This document shows positions 1-14,250 of a DNA stretch of 64,000 nt, piece after piece (within the stretch, counting starts at the first letter, position 1; each line of letters begins with the position of its first letter). Origin of the DNA: the human T2T-CHM13v2.0 reference genome, Homo sapiens; assembly GCF_009914755.1 (NCBI RefSeq), contig NC_060925.1; one strand, given 5' to 3'. The notes below the pieces were generated by a model, which saw only the letters and a program-made list of their open reading frames with translations, had not been told where the DNA came from and made no database searches. A program made the translations under genes and the position numbers.

Positions 1-287
<287 letters not shown>

Positions 288-2959
288 TCATCCTTCTCAC
301 TGCTTTGGAGTTTGCCAGATTTGGGTACTTTGATCCCTAGGGAATAAACACTCCTTAGCTGGACAGCAACACAAATAACTCTTAAATGAACTGCGTCTGT
401 TACACACACACAGGCACGCATAGAGTTTCAATGGGGTTTATTGAAATAAAGTGGCCTCTACACTGAAGAATTGTAAGGACTGTATTCTATCCATTTCCTG
501 TTTACTTCTCCATTTATTTGTATTCATAGGTAAGGTTTACTAGCACATCATTAAGATACTGTAAAACAGCATTAAAATCCTACCTTTTAATTTCCTCAGG
601 TAAGCGCCTCTCTTGTCTTAGCAATGCCTCGGTTCTCAGGCCTTGTTTATCTTTCTCTGTAATTGTGAGTGAGGAGCTTTCTGAACTGGATGACTGCCTC
701 TGATTTTACCCCTTCAAATTCATCTTCCTTGCAGCTGATTGAGTGATCCCTCTGAAGAACAAACATGATTGATTGAAGAATAAACGTGCCCTCCCAACTT
801 AAACAGCTTCCAGGCCGCCTCAGTAACGTGAGGATTGAGGGAAAATGCCTCAGCCTGGCTCAGACAGTGCCTCCCGTCTTGGGCTGCTTGGCTCCTCTCT
901 TCCCATTCAGCCTTGTTACTCTCCAGAAGTACCAAGCAGCTTGTAGGTTTTCAATGCCCCAAGGAATGTGTGCGCCATTCTTCACACTGTTCTTGCTCCT
1001 AGATGGCTCCCCACATGCTGAAAACCCCCACCTTCTTCCCTTAATGGGTTTCGATTTAGTCTTCAAGGCATGTCTCAGGCATGTTCTTTTCCCAAAAGTT
1101 TTCTGACACTCCCTCTGTTAAAGGACAAGGTGCCTTTCCTCTGTCTTTTGGAGGAAATTTACCAGTGATCACACTGAGCATATATCCGATAGTCTCATCT
1201 CCTCAGCTATAAAGTCTTTGGTTTTAGAACCTGTATTAATTCATCTTAACATCCCCTGTGCCTAACAGAGTCTAAGTGCTGAGTAAATGGGGGCTGAACT
1301 AAGCTAAATTCCAAAGATCAAGCCAAGAGTTCTTAGTTACTTGAAAAACAAACAAACAAACAAACTTCTGACCTTTCTTCATTATAATCTTGGCAAATCA
1401 GAATTCCTTTGCCCTAAAATAACTGTAATCAAGGAGTTGACGCTAAAGTGATGATGAGAACTGTAGTATCACTACACTAATGAATCTTTTAGCCTTGTAC
1501 AAGAAATAATAGAAAAATCCATAACCAGTTTCACAGAGAACTGCTAATAAAAATCAGAAAACACTATAAATACGGCATTAAAAAAGGTAAAAAGCTGGGC
1601 TGAAGCTTAAAGATGGAAATATTTGCAGAAAACTAAGGCAGTGAGAAATGATGTCCTGTATCATGTTTTGATGTGTTATATTCATCTTTCTGGTGATGAC
1701 TTTATTTCACATGTAAATTAGGAAAAAGGGAAAGGAAAGCATATCCATATCATTCATGTCCAGGGAAGGAAAGTGAAGTATCTTAGAACAGCTTCTCAAG
1801 TCAGCTCTACATAGCTGGGCTTTTGAAGTGCTGGTGAATTTTTTTTAATCTCGCCTTCTACAAAGAAATAACAAAGCTTAGAAATTTAAAAATCCAGGCT
1901 ACTGTCAATTCTGTGACTTTCCATGAATCAGTCTCGTTATTCTTTGACATCTTAAAAGAAAACAGCCATATGACTGATAATCTTTGGTGAATTTCAGATG
2001 CATGTGCCATAGAAACTGTGAAGAAATTTAAATCTTAAAGTACTGATCTTTGGGCTTCTTAAAAAACCTTCCAGTTCAGATATAATGTCTGACACTAAAT
2101 AATCAACTTATCTACTTTACTAAAAATGGCCAGTACCCCAAACTAACACTGTAAGTTTACCCAGTTGGGAATTTTAAATTGTGGCTTACTCTGAGTGCTT
2201 CATAGAAGTTCCCACTCTTACCTCCTTCTGAAAAGTTTTTTATGCATAGTCACATGCTGTGTACCTGCATTACCTTCTAATACTGGTCACATTGCATTGA
2301 ATCAGGGAACAATGGCTGGCCCAAAGTCAGCCTGTGGGCTAATCTTATAAGTAGATATGGCCAATCTGGCATTTATACTGGAGAGTAACTGACAAGCCAA
2401 TCAGATACTCTCTTGAAGAGTTTGAATATGGAAACACAAATAATAGAGTAATGCCCAAGCCCCCAAACAGAAAACATATGGTGGAAAGTAGAATAGAGAG
2501 CTCAAGGTGGGTTGCTGTAGTGTAAACCATCATTTAGTCATACTTAAGGTACGGTCATGAGAATAGGAAATAGCCATAATGAATGAGAAGTGAACTGCTA
2601 ATGGCAGAGAATGTAGACTACCTGCTTGAGAGATTTGGTGAAGGAAAGCAATAAAGTAATATTTTAGTGGGAATTATGCCTGAGAGACTTTATTTAGAGT
2701 AGACTGGTAGTAGGAACAAATTTAGAGTCTAAGGCATAGCTTGAAGATGAAAGAAAAAAGAAAGTTACAAATGTGGCATGGCCGCAGAGGAGAAAACTGA
2801 AACCAAACTGGGAAGACAGAGTTTATCCTTAGAAAGAGAGAAAAACATCCTTTCTCTGACACAGAAGGAATGGAGAAAAGATAGTGGAAGACACTAAGAA
2901 CTGGAAAGAAAATGAGTGAAAAGGGGCTCTTCTTTTCCCCTCTTGGGGACTGATCTTCA

Positions 2960-4870
<1,911 letters not shown>

Positions 4871-4992
4871 TTAAACAATATTACCTAATGAAAAAAAAAA
4901 AAGGAGTGAGTGGACAATCAGGAACAGAGAATGGAGACTTACAGCCATTGGACGGGGTTTGGAACAGTCCATGTGGAAGTACTTGTTTGTCA

Positions 4993-5355
<363 letters not shown>

Positions 5356-6499
5356 CTAGTCCCACTGAGGTTAGATCTCATGGATTTGCAGCAGAACAAT
5401 TACGTGTATTTGGAAAAGCCTGATCTCAAGATATGATGACTTCATATCACATCTCGTACATACTATACTGATATTCACAGAAACTATAAACTATCAGCTC
5501 CAACACCTTAAAAATTAATGGACATTCCAAAGAAAATATACAGCATGCACTTTCCTGAGCTTTTGCAAATGCATCAAATGAAAATTCTATTGAAAATATG
5601 GTCAAATAAGCACAGCATGATGGTACAAAAATGTGATGCCAAGGAGTAGGAGAGACAGATTTCTGCTGGGTTGTCTTAATCTGTGAGTGTGTGAGAGTGG
5701 GTGAGTGTGTGCATCTATGTAAGTTGAGGGGTAAGGAAAGGACCTTTACCTCCAGATAAAGAAGTAATATTTCTATCTACAAAGCCCACAAACCAGATTC
5801 TGTTCAGTAGCATTGTTTTCCCATTCCACTAAGCCCTTCCATTCCAATTTCAACTGCGAGATGTGAAATGCAGCACATTGAAGAGATACTCTGAAAGTAT
5901 CTAGAGATCATGCTTCTATTGGGAGGAGAAGATTAATTTGACTTAAGTTTCTGGAGAGCAGATCCATTTTGTGCATCTTAATATCCCCTCCACATTTACT
6001 TTTATGTAAGAACACACAAGTATCTTCTGAGTGACTGGATGAATACACTCCTTTTAATAGATCAAACTTTGTGTCTAACATTTATCGGACTTAATGGAGG
6101 ATACCAAGGCATTTAATATACTGTTCTTTCCCTAAAATATTCATAACCAGAATTTTTGCCTGTCACCTTTTCTCTACAATGACAACTTCGCTGAAGAATT
6201 AGTTCAAATGTGTTTCTTTGTTTCCTCATATACTTTCATATATGTACCAAAGTTCCATCTACACCATATCCTTGGTGTACAATGACTGGAGCATCCACAG
6301 TTCTATGAGCTCAAACACCTAGGGTTTCAGACCAAGGGCAATTTCAACTTAGGTAACCAAAAGCTTCCAAGAAACCCTGAAGAAATGTGTAGTCCTTTGC
6401 GTCCAAACATTCCTGACCTGTACAGACCCATGAGCAGCAATTAGATTTATTTTTCAGTGTTTTGAAACTAAGGAGAGTAAGTAATTCTGGATGGCCTGG

Positions 6500-6926
6500 T
6501 GTGTTAGTCTGTTTTTGTAATACTATAAAGGAATACCTGAGACTGGATTATTTATAAAGAAAGGAGATTTAAGTGACTCACAGTTCTGCTGGCTTCACAG
6601 GAAGCATGGCACTGGCATCTGCTCCTGGTGAGGGCCCCAGGAAGCTTACAATCATGATGGAAGGTGAAGGGGGAGCCAGGGCATCACACGGCAAGAGCAG
6701 AAGCAAGAGTGAGGGAGGGGGAAGGTGCTACCTACACTCTTTTAAACAACCAGATCAGTCTCATGAACTAACAGCAAGAATTCACTCATCACCAAGAGGA
6801 TGGTGTTAAGCCACTCATGAGGGATCTGCCCCCACGATCCAATGCCTCCCAGCAGGCCTCACCTCCAGTACTGGAGGTCACATTTCAACATGAGATTTGG
6901 AGGGCACAAATATCCAAACCGTATCA
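6500..6926 (-). mobile_element. MaLR solo LTR, MSTA/MSTB
   Basis: TG...CA termini (tgtgttagtc...accgtatca), perfect 5-bp TSD cctgg (6495-6499 / 6927-6931), MST-type internal motifs. Confidence 0.9.
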
Positions 6927-7759
6927 CCTGGTTTTCTTAAAGCAATCTATTTGAACTTGTCAATTCAAAGCCAAAGACATAGTTTATTATTACCATCAGA
7001 GTCACTCAATCTTGAAGATGATAGGGCTGAGAGGACCAGAGCTGAGTCCATTTTCCTTCCTTTAGTCATCACTGCACTGAAATTAGTTCAGATTAAAAAG
7101 AGTGAGTTCTTTGCTTTAAAATTTCAAATGACAGAGGCTCTCATGGAAATGCCTTCAGGAGTTTCAAAGCCTCCATCATTAGGTGCAGCCATCCAAGGCA
7201 AATATTTGATACTTCGTGAAGAGAAGCGATAAGAAGATATGTGTGTCCTACAGGATACATTCCATAATGGATGATAATGTTTTAAATATATATATATACA
7301 AATAAAAACCGAGATTCTAATTTTTTCAGGTGTTTCATTAGTAAATATAAACATTTCTTCCATCTCTTGAACTGTAGGAAATACAAATTTCCTTTTCAAA
7401 GACTCTGTTTTGCATTTCTCAACATTAGAGAGGCAATATTTTAAAAGGTAACTAGTGATAAAACTCTCTAGAAGAGATGGCTAGGACCTAGAAGGACATT
7501 TTGATCCATAAGCCAGCAACACTGAAACCAGGACTTTCAACCCACATGCAGCTCTTTAGGTACCACATGCAGATTTGATGGGCTCTCTGGTTACAGAAAC
7601 CTGGCCAAGTTCGCAGAACTCTGACAGCTCCGTGCCTCCCACTCCAGCTGAAACACTTGTGGGAAAACTGAGCAAATGGATCTGCCTCGCAGGATCAGAA
7701 GAAGTAGGCACCAGCAATTCCATGGCTCTTCTCTTCCTTGTAGTTTTATTTTTCTTGTT

Positions 7760-8830
7760 ATGAAATAAAGCAAAGTAATACAAAATTTATAAAGTACAAA
7801 GCAAATTTTAAAAAGTAATGAATGCTCTAAAAGAGAAGTCACTTATAATTCCACTATCAAGTGTGAATCACTTTTATCTTTGCATATAAATCTTTTGCAA
7901 AAGTTAAAATAGCATGCTTATTTAGAAAATTCAACTATCACCCAGCGGCAACCATTGCTAATCTATTGGTGACCACTTGGTCATCTCTTTATTCATACCT
8001 ACACACACAGGTATCTCTGTAATTTATGTAGGGGTCACTCTCTATATCATGCCTTGCATCTGGCTCTTTTATTCAGTTGAATTTCAGAGAGATCTTTCTA
8101 TTATCAAGAAATATTAAAAAAAGTATTTTAATTGTTGCAGAGAATTTCTTTAAATGGACAGATAGATGTTCTAGAATGTACGCAGCTAATCCTTCATTTA
8201 TGAGTATGTAGGTTGTTTCTAGGTTTCTCTTCTCTGAAATAATGCTTCAGTGAAGCTCCTTGTACATGCATTCTTGTGCTTAACCTAATAGCTCCTTGAT
8301 ATAAATTTCTAGAAGAGGAATTAGTGGTTCAATTTTGATAAGTATTTCAGGACTGCCAAAAGAAAGGTTGTGAGGACGTATGCTGTCACTAGCAATACAG
8401 GAAAAGATGGATTCTCCATACCTTTATCAGTATTACTAATATTTCTCTAATTTTCTAGGAGAAAAATGAAATATTAACCTCATTTGTTAGGTAAAGATGA
8501 TGGGCCATTTTTACTGGTAATTTTTCATTAATAGTACAATCAAACATCTTTTCAGATATTCATTTACCATTTTATTTCTTTTGTGAACTGCTCATTTTTA
8601 AATTGTGATTTTCATCTTATTTAAAATTGCTTTGTAAAGGTTTACTTTATATTATAAATATACACTTCATGTCTGTCAGGTATTGCAAATATTTTCCCAA
8701 TTTGTTATTTGTCTTTTGATTTATGATGTCCTTTTACTGTATACAAGTTTTTAAATTATGTATATATTTTAACACCTTCAAATAACACCTAGTACATAAT
8801 TTCATATTTGGCTTTTGCATTTTTAATATT
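7760..8830 (-). mobile_element. Highly diverged L1ME fragment
   Basis: T-rich, with L1 3'-region-like motifs (aatgcttcagtgaa, aaatttctagaagaggaatt, gcaaatattttccc). Confidence 0.55.
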
Positions 8831-10869
8831 GTATTGCTTTTGTTTTTCCTTGTTATTCAGAGTTCTAAAAAATATTTTCATGAATATATAAAATATATTT
8901 TAGGAATGTACCATTATTTCCTCAACATTGGCTATATTGATATTTCTCAACACTAATAGTGCTGTATTGGAGGATAGTGAGGCGATGAAGAGAGAGAAAG
9001 ATACAGAGGAAGAGAGAAGTAGCTGTAATTCAAAACTCTAGTAAGAAGAGAAAAAGCAAAGTGAAACTGTTTCCTTTATCACTATTGGGAAAGGGACAAA
9101 GAGTTAGCAAAGGCCTGATAGTGATATCTTGAAAAAAATGAAGAGAGGCATGTTAAGAAAAAGTAGCCCCTGGGGAAAATAAATAATTCTTTCTTCTGAG
9201 TGGCAGAGAACTATAGCACATTCAATTTGTGTGTTTTAGTAGACTTATAATTTTAATTAAGCCTCTGGGTTTTTTCTTTGTGCTTGTCCCTTTTGTTTTA
9301 ATGGGACATGAGGTCTTTTCTTTTTTTCCTTATTTGTAGGGTCCCCAGTGACCTCTATTGCATTTTGTTACTCTTGGCAACAATAAAATGTATCTATTCT
9401 CTTTAGGCTTGTCTAATAAGTGGCATTATTGCATTATTCAAGCATTTAAATTTGATTGATGAGTTTATCCATAAGGTTGTTCACAAATCTGTTAAAGTCA
9501 TTTATTTTTTATTCTGATATAATTGTGCATGCCATTATTAATGCTGCTTTCCAGAAGAGTAACCACATGTTGTAGGGCCTAATTTCAGGTTCAAAATGGA
9601 AAGTGGTGATCTTCTCAATGTGTGATTTATTGGAGGAAAATGGAGCTTGATGGGGACAATCTGGGAGTACATGGTTGGGAGGGAACCCCCAGATAGACTT
9701 CATGTTACTTTGCTGTTACTCAACAGTTTGCATTGTGGGACTTCCAGTGCCAGTCAGGGTGAAATATAGTTTCACATTTTACTACCACCTCTATTGTTTC
9801 TCTCTCTTTTCTCTTCTAAGACCAGGGAATAGAACATAAAGGTCGACAGCTTTATCCTAATCTGAATTGTTTTGAATACTGCACTTGTATTTTCATCCTT
9901 CATTGATTTTTAATGCAATGTGATGTATTATAGCCATATTCATTACGGTGTGCTGCACCAAAATTGTGCTTTTGGAAGTGTGGCTTTTAATAAAAGGAAA
10001 CACTTGTGATTATTTGTGCCATATCAGCTGTGTCACAAGTCCTTAATATACGTAATTCAGTAGGGGTTCTTTTCCCAATTTCATAGCAATAAAGGTAGCA
10101 CATTGGCTCCATTGCCTTACTTAGGTTTCAGAGTTGTTTGGAAACATTAAGGATTCTGATTTTAGTTTCCATGCCATTTCATTTACATCAGATGAGTGAG
10201 TCCATCCCAAAAAATGAGTTGGGTACGTATTTGGACAGCTACAATAAGTGAGAAGGGTGCCTTATTTTGCAAATGGGCATGTCTACTCCTGCCTAGCCTC
10301 ATCATCTGTCACCTTTGCTCTTTAGAATGTGGCTTCTTGCCACCCTCACCCTACTATCCCCACCCCTCTGCCTGAAGCTGATTAATCACTTCCAAGGCTG
10401 TTTAGGTTCTGTTCCACACCTACACTGCAAAGTTAAAGTGTCTGTCTCCCTTATGTGCACTTTAAGGACAAGATCCGGGCCTGTCATCTGCATTTCCTCC
10501 AGGGCTTGCTGCTTACCATAGAGTCCAGCACAAGGTAACATTTAATGGATTCAATTAAGTGAGCCCAATGTCACCATCTTAGCATATTGAGCCATTAATA
10601 CATGGAATTGATTGTTAAAATACGGAGGCCAGCTTCCTTCAAGCCTTACTTTCTTTCAAAAATATTTGTTGAATACTTGCTGTTTTGGCACAGAGAACAT
10701 AGTGGTGAGATGATAGAAATAATCCCTGGCTTCAGTGAGTTACAATCTCATGAAATAATTCATTAGTCTTGTTTCTCCAATTCACATCCTTTCAAGTTTC
10801 AGGTTGGGAAAACAAATCAAATCTCCCCTCATATTAAAAAAAAGTAAACTAAAATACTGCCTCTAGATG

Positions 10870-11165
10870 TCCAGGTGCAGGGACTCACACCTCTGGTCCC
10901 AGCATTTTGAGAGGCCGAGGCAGGAGGATGGCTTGAGCCTAGAAGTTGGAGACCAACCTGGCCGAGACCGTGAGACCTGTTACTATAAAACATTAAAAAA
11001 TAGAAGGGCATTGTGTTGCATGCCCGTAGTCCCATCTACTTGGGAGGCTGAGACAGGAGGATTCCTTGAACTGAGGAGTTTGAGGCTGCAGTGAGCTATG
11101 ATCATGCCTCTGCACTGCAGCCTGGGCAATAAAGTGAGACCCCATCTCTAAGAAGAAGAAAAAAA
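10870..11165 (+). mobile_element. AluJ (Jo/Jr)
   Basis: Dimer with ggaggatggcttgagcc and gaggctgcagtgagctatgatc; degenerate TSD aaaatactgcctctaga / aaaaactgcatctgga. Confidence 0.9.
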
Positions 11166-11219
11166 CTGCATCTGGAGCTTTGCTACTTGGATCATAGTGT
11201 AGCAGAGATGCATGGTATA

Positions 11220-11690
11220 GAGCTATCCTGTGCATTACGATAGCTGCTAGCCACATGTGGCTGTTAACACTGCAGTGTGCTAGGTCTGAATTGAGAGGTG
11301 CTGTCACTGTAAAATACATAACAGGTCTTGAAGATTTATATATTAAAACCTGTTCATCATCTCAATAATTTTTAGATTGATTATATGTAGAAATAATATT
11401 TTTGTAGTTTGAATTTAATAAGATATTATTAAAACTGGGGCCAGGAGTGGGGGCTCATGCCTGTAATCCCAGCGCTTTGGGAGGTCAAGGTGGAAGAATC
11501 ACTTGAACCCAGGAGTTCAAGATCAGCCTAGGCAACATAATGATACCTCATCTCTACAAAAAAATAAAAATTGAAAAATTAATTACACTTGGTTGTTTTC
11601 ATATTTTTGTGGGATTACAAGATAAAATTTGAAAAATAGATGTAGCTTGTGTTTGTGGCTTGCATTATTTTGCTATTTGAAAGTCCAAGT
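11220..11690. mobile_element. MER33 (hAT-Charlie) split by a FLAM monomer
   Basis: agctgctagccacatgtggct...ctgaattgagaggtgctgtcactgtaaaatac and right end gtggcttgcattatttt. Confidence 0.75.
11438..11572 (+). mobile_element. FLAM_C / Alu left monomer
   Basis: Single 7SL-derived arm ending in an A-tract; no right arm. Confidence 0.85.
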
Positions 11691-11699
11691 ATAGAGTGA

Positions 11700-11950
11700 G
11701 GCACAGCATAGACTGGAGGCACATTGCTTCACTTCAAATCCTGATCCTTCCCCCTACTCGTTTTGTGGTCTTTGGCAATTTACTAAATCTGTCTTTCATT
11801 CTTTGTCTTATCATCTTGTAAAATCAAGATAGTGATAGTACCTAACTCAAAATATTGTTATGAGGATAGTTTATATGTCTAAATCATTTAGAACAGTATC
11901 TGGCATAGAGTGCATACTCTTCAAATGTTTGTTGAATAAGTAAATAAACC
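11700..11950 (+). mobile_element. MIR
   Basis: ttcaaatcctg...ttggcaatttactaaatct...tagtacctaactca...ttagaacagtatctggcatag. Confidence 0.75.
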
Positions 11951-12487
11951 CACTGGTCATGTGCACCTTCACCCCAGTAGGTAGAATTATCAAAGAAGTA
12001 ATGCAGTTTTTAAGTAGCAGTTTCGTGAATAACCTGTATTTTTCTAGGAGCAATAGTAGCAATTGTAGACTGACATGGTGAACATTTTTGACGGTTTATT
12101 AGTTTAATTTCCTTCTCCTCACTTTCTTCCTCTCTCCAGAACAGGTGGAAGGAAAGGAGCAAAACTCAAATATATTAATTTCATTACTCTCTAGTAGGCT
12201 TTTTGGGAGAATGATTCTGAAATGGATGGCAAGTCAGGAATTTTTTTCTTCGCATTATGGCAGTTTCCTGTTACTTTATGTAGGTACCTTGAAATAAATC
12301 TAACATATGAAAACTCAAGCTTCTATGTTACAGAGTGGATTCTTTGGATCCATTGAAGAGCATTGTCAGCAGCCATCCAGACACCTCCATGTATTCATGT
12401 ATTCATTAACTAGAGAAGAGACACTTTGAAGTCAATCAAAATTTAAAATATTTATGAAGCCTATATATAAAGGGAAGATATATTGGT

Positions 12488-13034
12488 TGTGGCAGAGACA
12501 CTCTTAAAGTGGCCTCCAATTCTTGTCTCCTGGTGTTCACACCCTTGCGTGGGACATTCCTCTTGCAAGTAGGCAGGACCTGTAACTTGCATAACCAGTA
12601 CAATATGGCAAAGGGGATGGAATATTCATGATGACACATATGCAGTAACATGAAAATAAGATGTCAGCACCCATCCTTCTGGAGTTTCTCCTTTGCTTGA
12701 TGGCTTTCAGAAAGTATGCAGCCCTGTTGGGGGACCTGCATAGCAAGAGACTTCTGGCAGCTTCTAGTGACTGAATGTGGCCTCTGCCAACAGCCAACAA
12801 AACACTGCCAAGAATTAAGTTCTCCCAACAACTGGATTAAGCTTATAAGTGAATCCTTCCCCAGTCAAACCTCTGATGAGACCACACCCTGCCAACACCT
12901 TCATTTCAGCCTTGTAAGACCCTATCAGAGGACTAGGTATAGTAGTGCCAAACTCCTGGCCCACAATACATATGTGTTCTTTTAAGCTGCTAGTTTGTGG
13001 TATTATTGTTATTCATCAATAAATAACTAATACA
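12488..13034 (+). mobile_element. MaLR LTR MLT1F/G/H-like
   Basis: tgtggcagagacactct start; ttttaagctgctagtttgtgg...aactaataca end. Confidence 0.75.
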
Positions 13035-13379
13035 CTGGCATTTTTACTTGCCCAAATTTAACCTCCAAGCATATTTTATGGCAAAAGCAAGACATATGCA
13101 TTGAAATTATTGGGTGATTTTTCCTTTTCTTCTTTTTACTAGCATCAGAGGGATTTAAGTATATGATACTTAGCAGTAGAATCAGTCACTATATTTATAA
13201 TATTTCACAGCACTTAAAACAGTATATACACCAAAGACTTTAGGTTGGCAGACAATGATTCAGTTATTCATATGTTGATCTGATATAACTATGTTGTTAG
13301 GAATGTATGAGACACATATATTTGGGTTTCTGAAGACAGATATGAACTGAAGACAATTTTTTCAAGTTATTAGCATCTT

Positions 13380-14250
13380 CCAGGTGGTAGTTGGAATACT
13401 GAAATGGATTAAATCACCTGATCATCTGTAGACATTAAAGAAGGCTAAGGACAGAGTCCCTGAAGTAACAACATTTAAGGATCATGCAGAAAAAGAATCA
13501 GCAAAAGAAAAAACAAACCAGGAAGGTAAGGAAGATTTAGGAGAGTGATGTCAGAGATGGAAAGAGTTTCAAGATGAAGAGAATACGAAAAAGGAGAAGC
13601 AAAAATGAGACCTGAGTTAATTGGATTTAGGAATTAGGAAGTGACTATTGACTTCAGCAAGGTGGAGTGGAAGTTGGATTTCAGTGAATCACTAAGTTAG
13701 GAATAAAGAAGTAGCGGTGAAATATTCACTTAGGTAATAACTAAAGGGAGACATTGAACTAAGGAAAGAGTTGTCCTTAAATGATGCAAGAGATGTTTAT
13801 GTCTGTTGGCCCTGACAAGTTACCAGAAGAGGTTATCATATGGGAAAGGAAAAGAGTAATTGTTAAAGTGAGGTCCGGGGGTTGAGAGGGAATATGCCGA
13901 GTGGCATCACAAAGAATTAGCCTGAGATGGAATAGAATACATCTTTCTCTGACTAGAGGGGAGGAAACTAGCCTACATGAGGAAGTAGATGCATCACAGG
14001 TGTGGGGGATAAGTCAGAGAATGCACATGTCTTCAATTTTCCCATTTGCTGAGAGTAACTAGGGTAGGGTTGAGTAGGGCTTTAGGTAAGTATGTAAGTA
14101 GGTAAAACTGCTGATGGTAATTAGAGGGAAAGCTCACTAAACACAAATGAGAGTCTTGCTGAGTAGAAATGAACTTCTAAGGGGCATTGAGAATTTCACC
14201 AAATCTGAAAGTAATATCATTATGAAATCTCCCTTGGAATTAAAGGTGAA
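13380..14250 (-). mobile_element. L2 fragments
   Basis: Purine-rich L2-like motifs (aaggacagagtccctgaag, attggatttaggaatt...gactattgactt). Confidence 0.55.
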
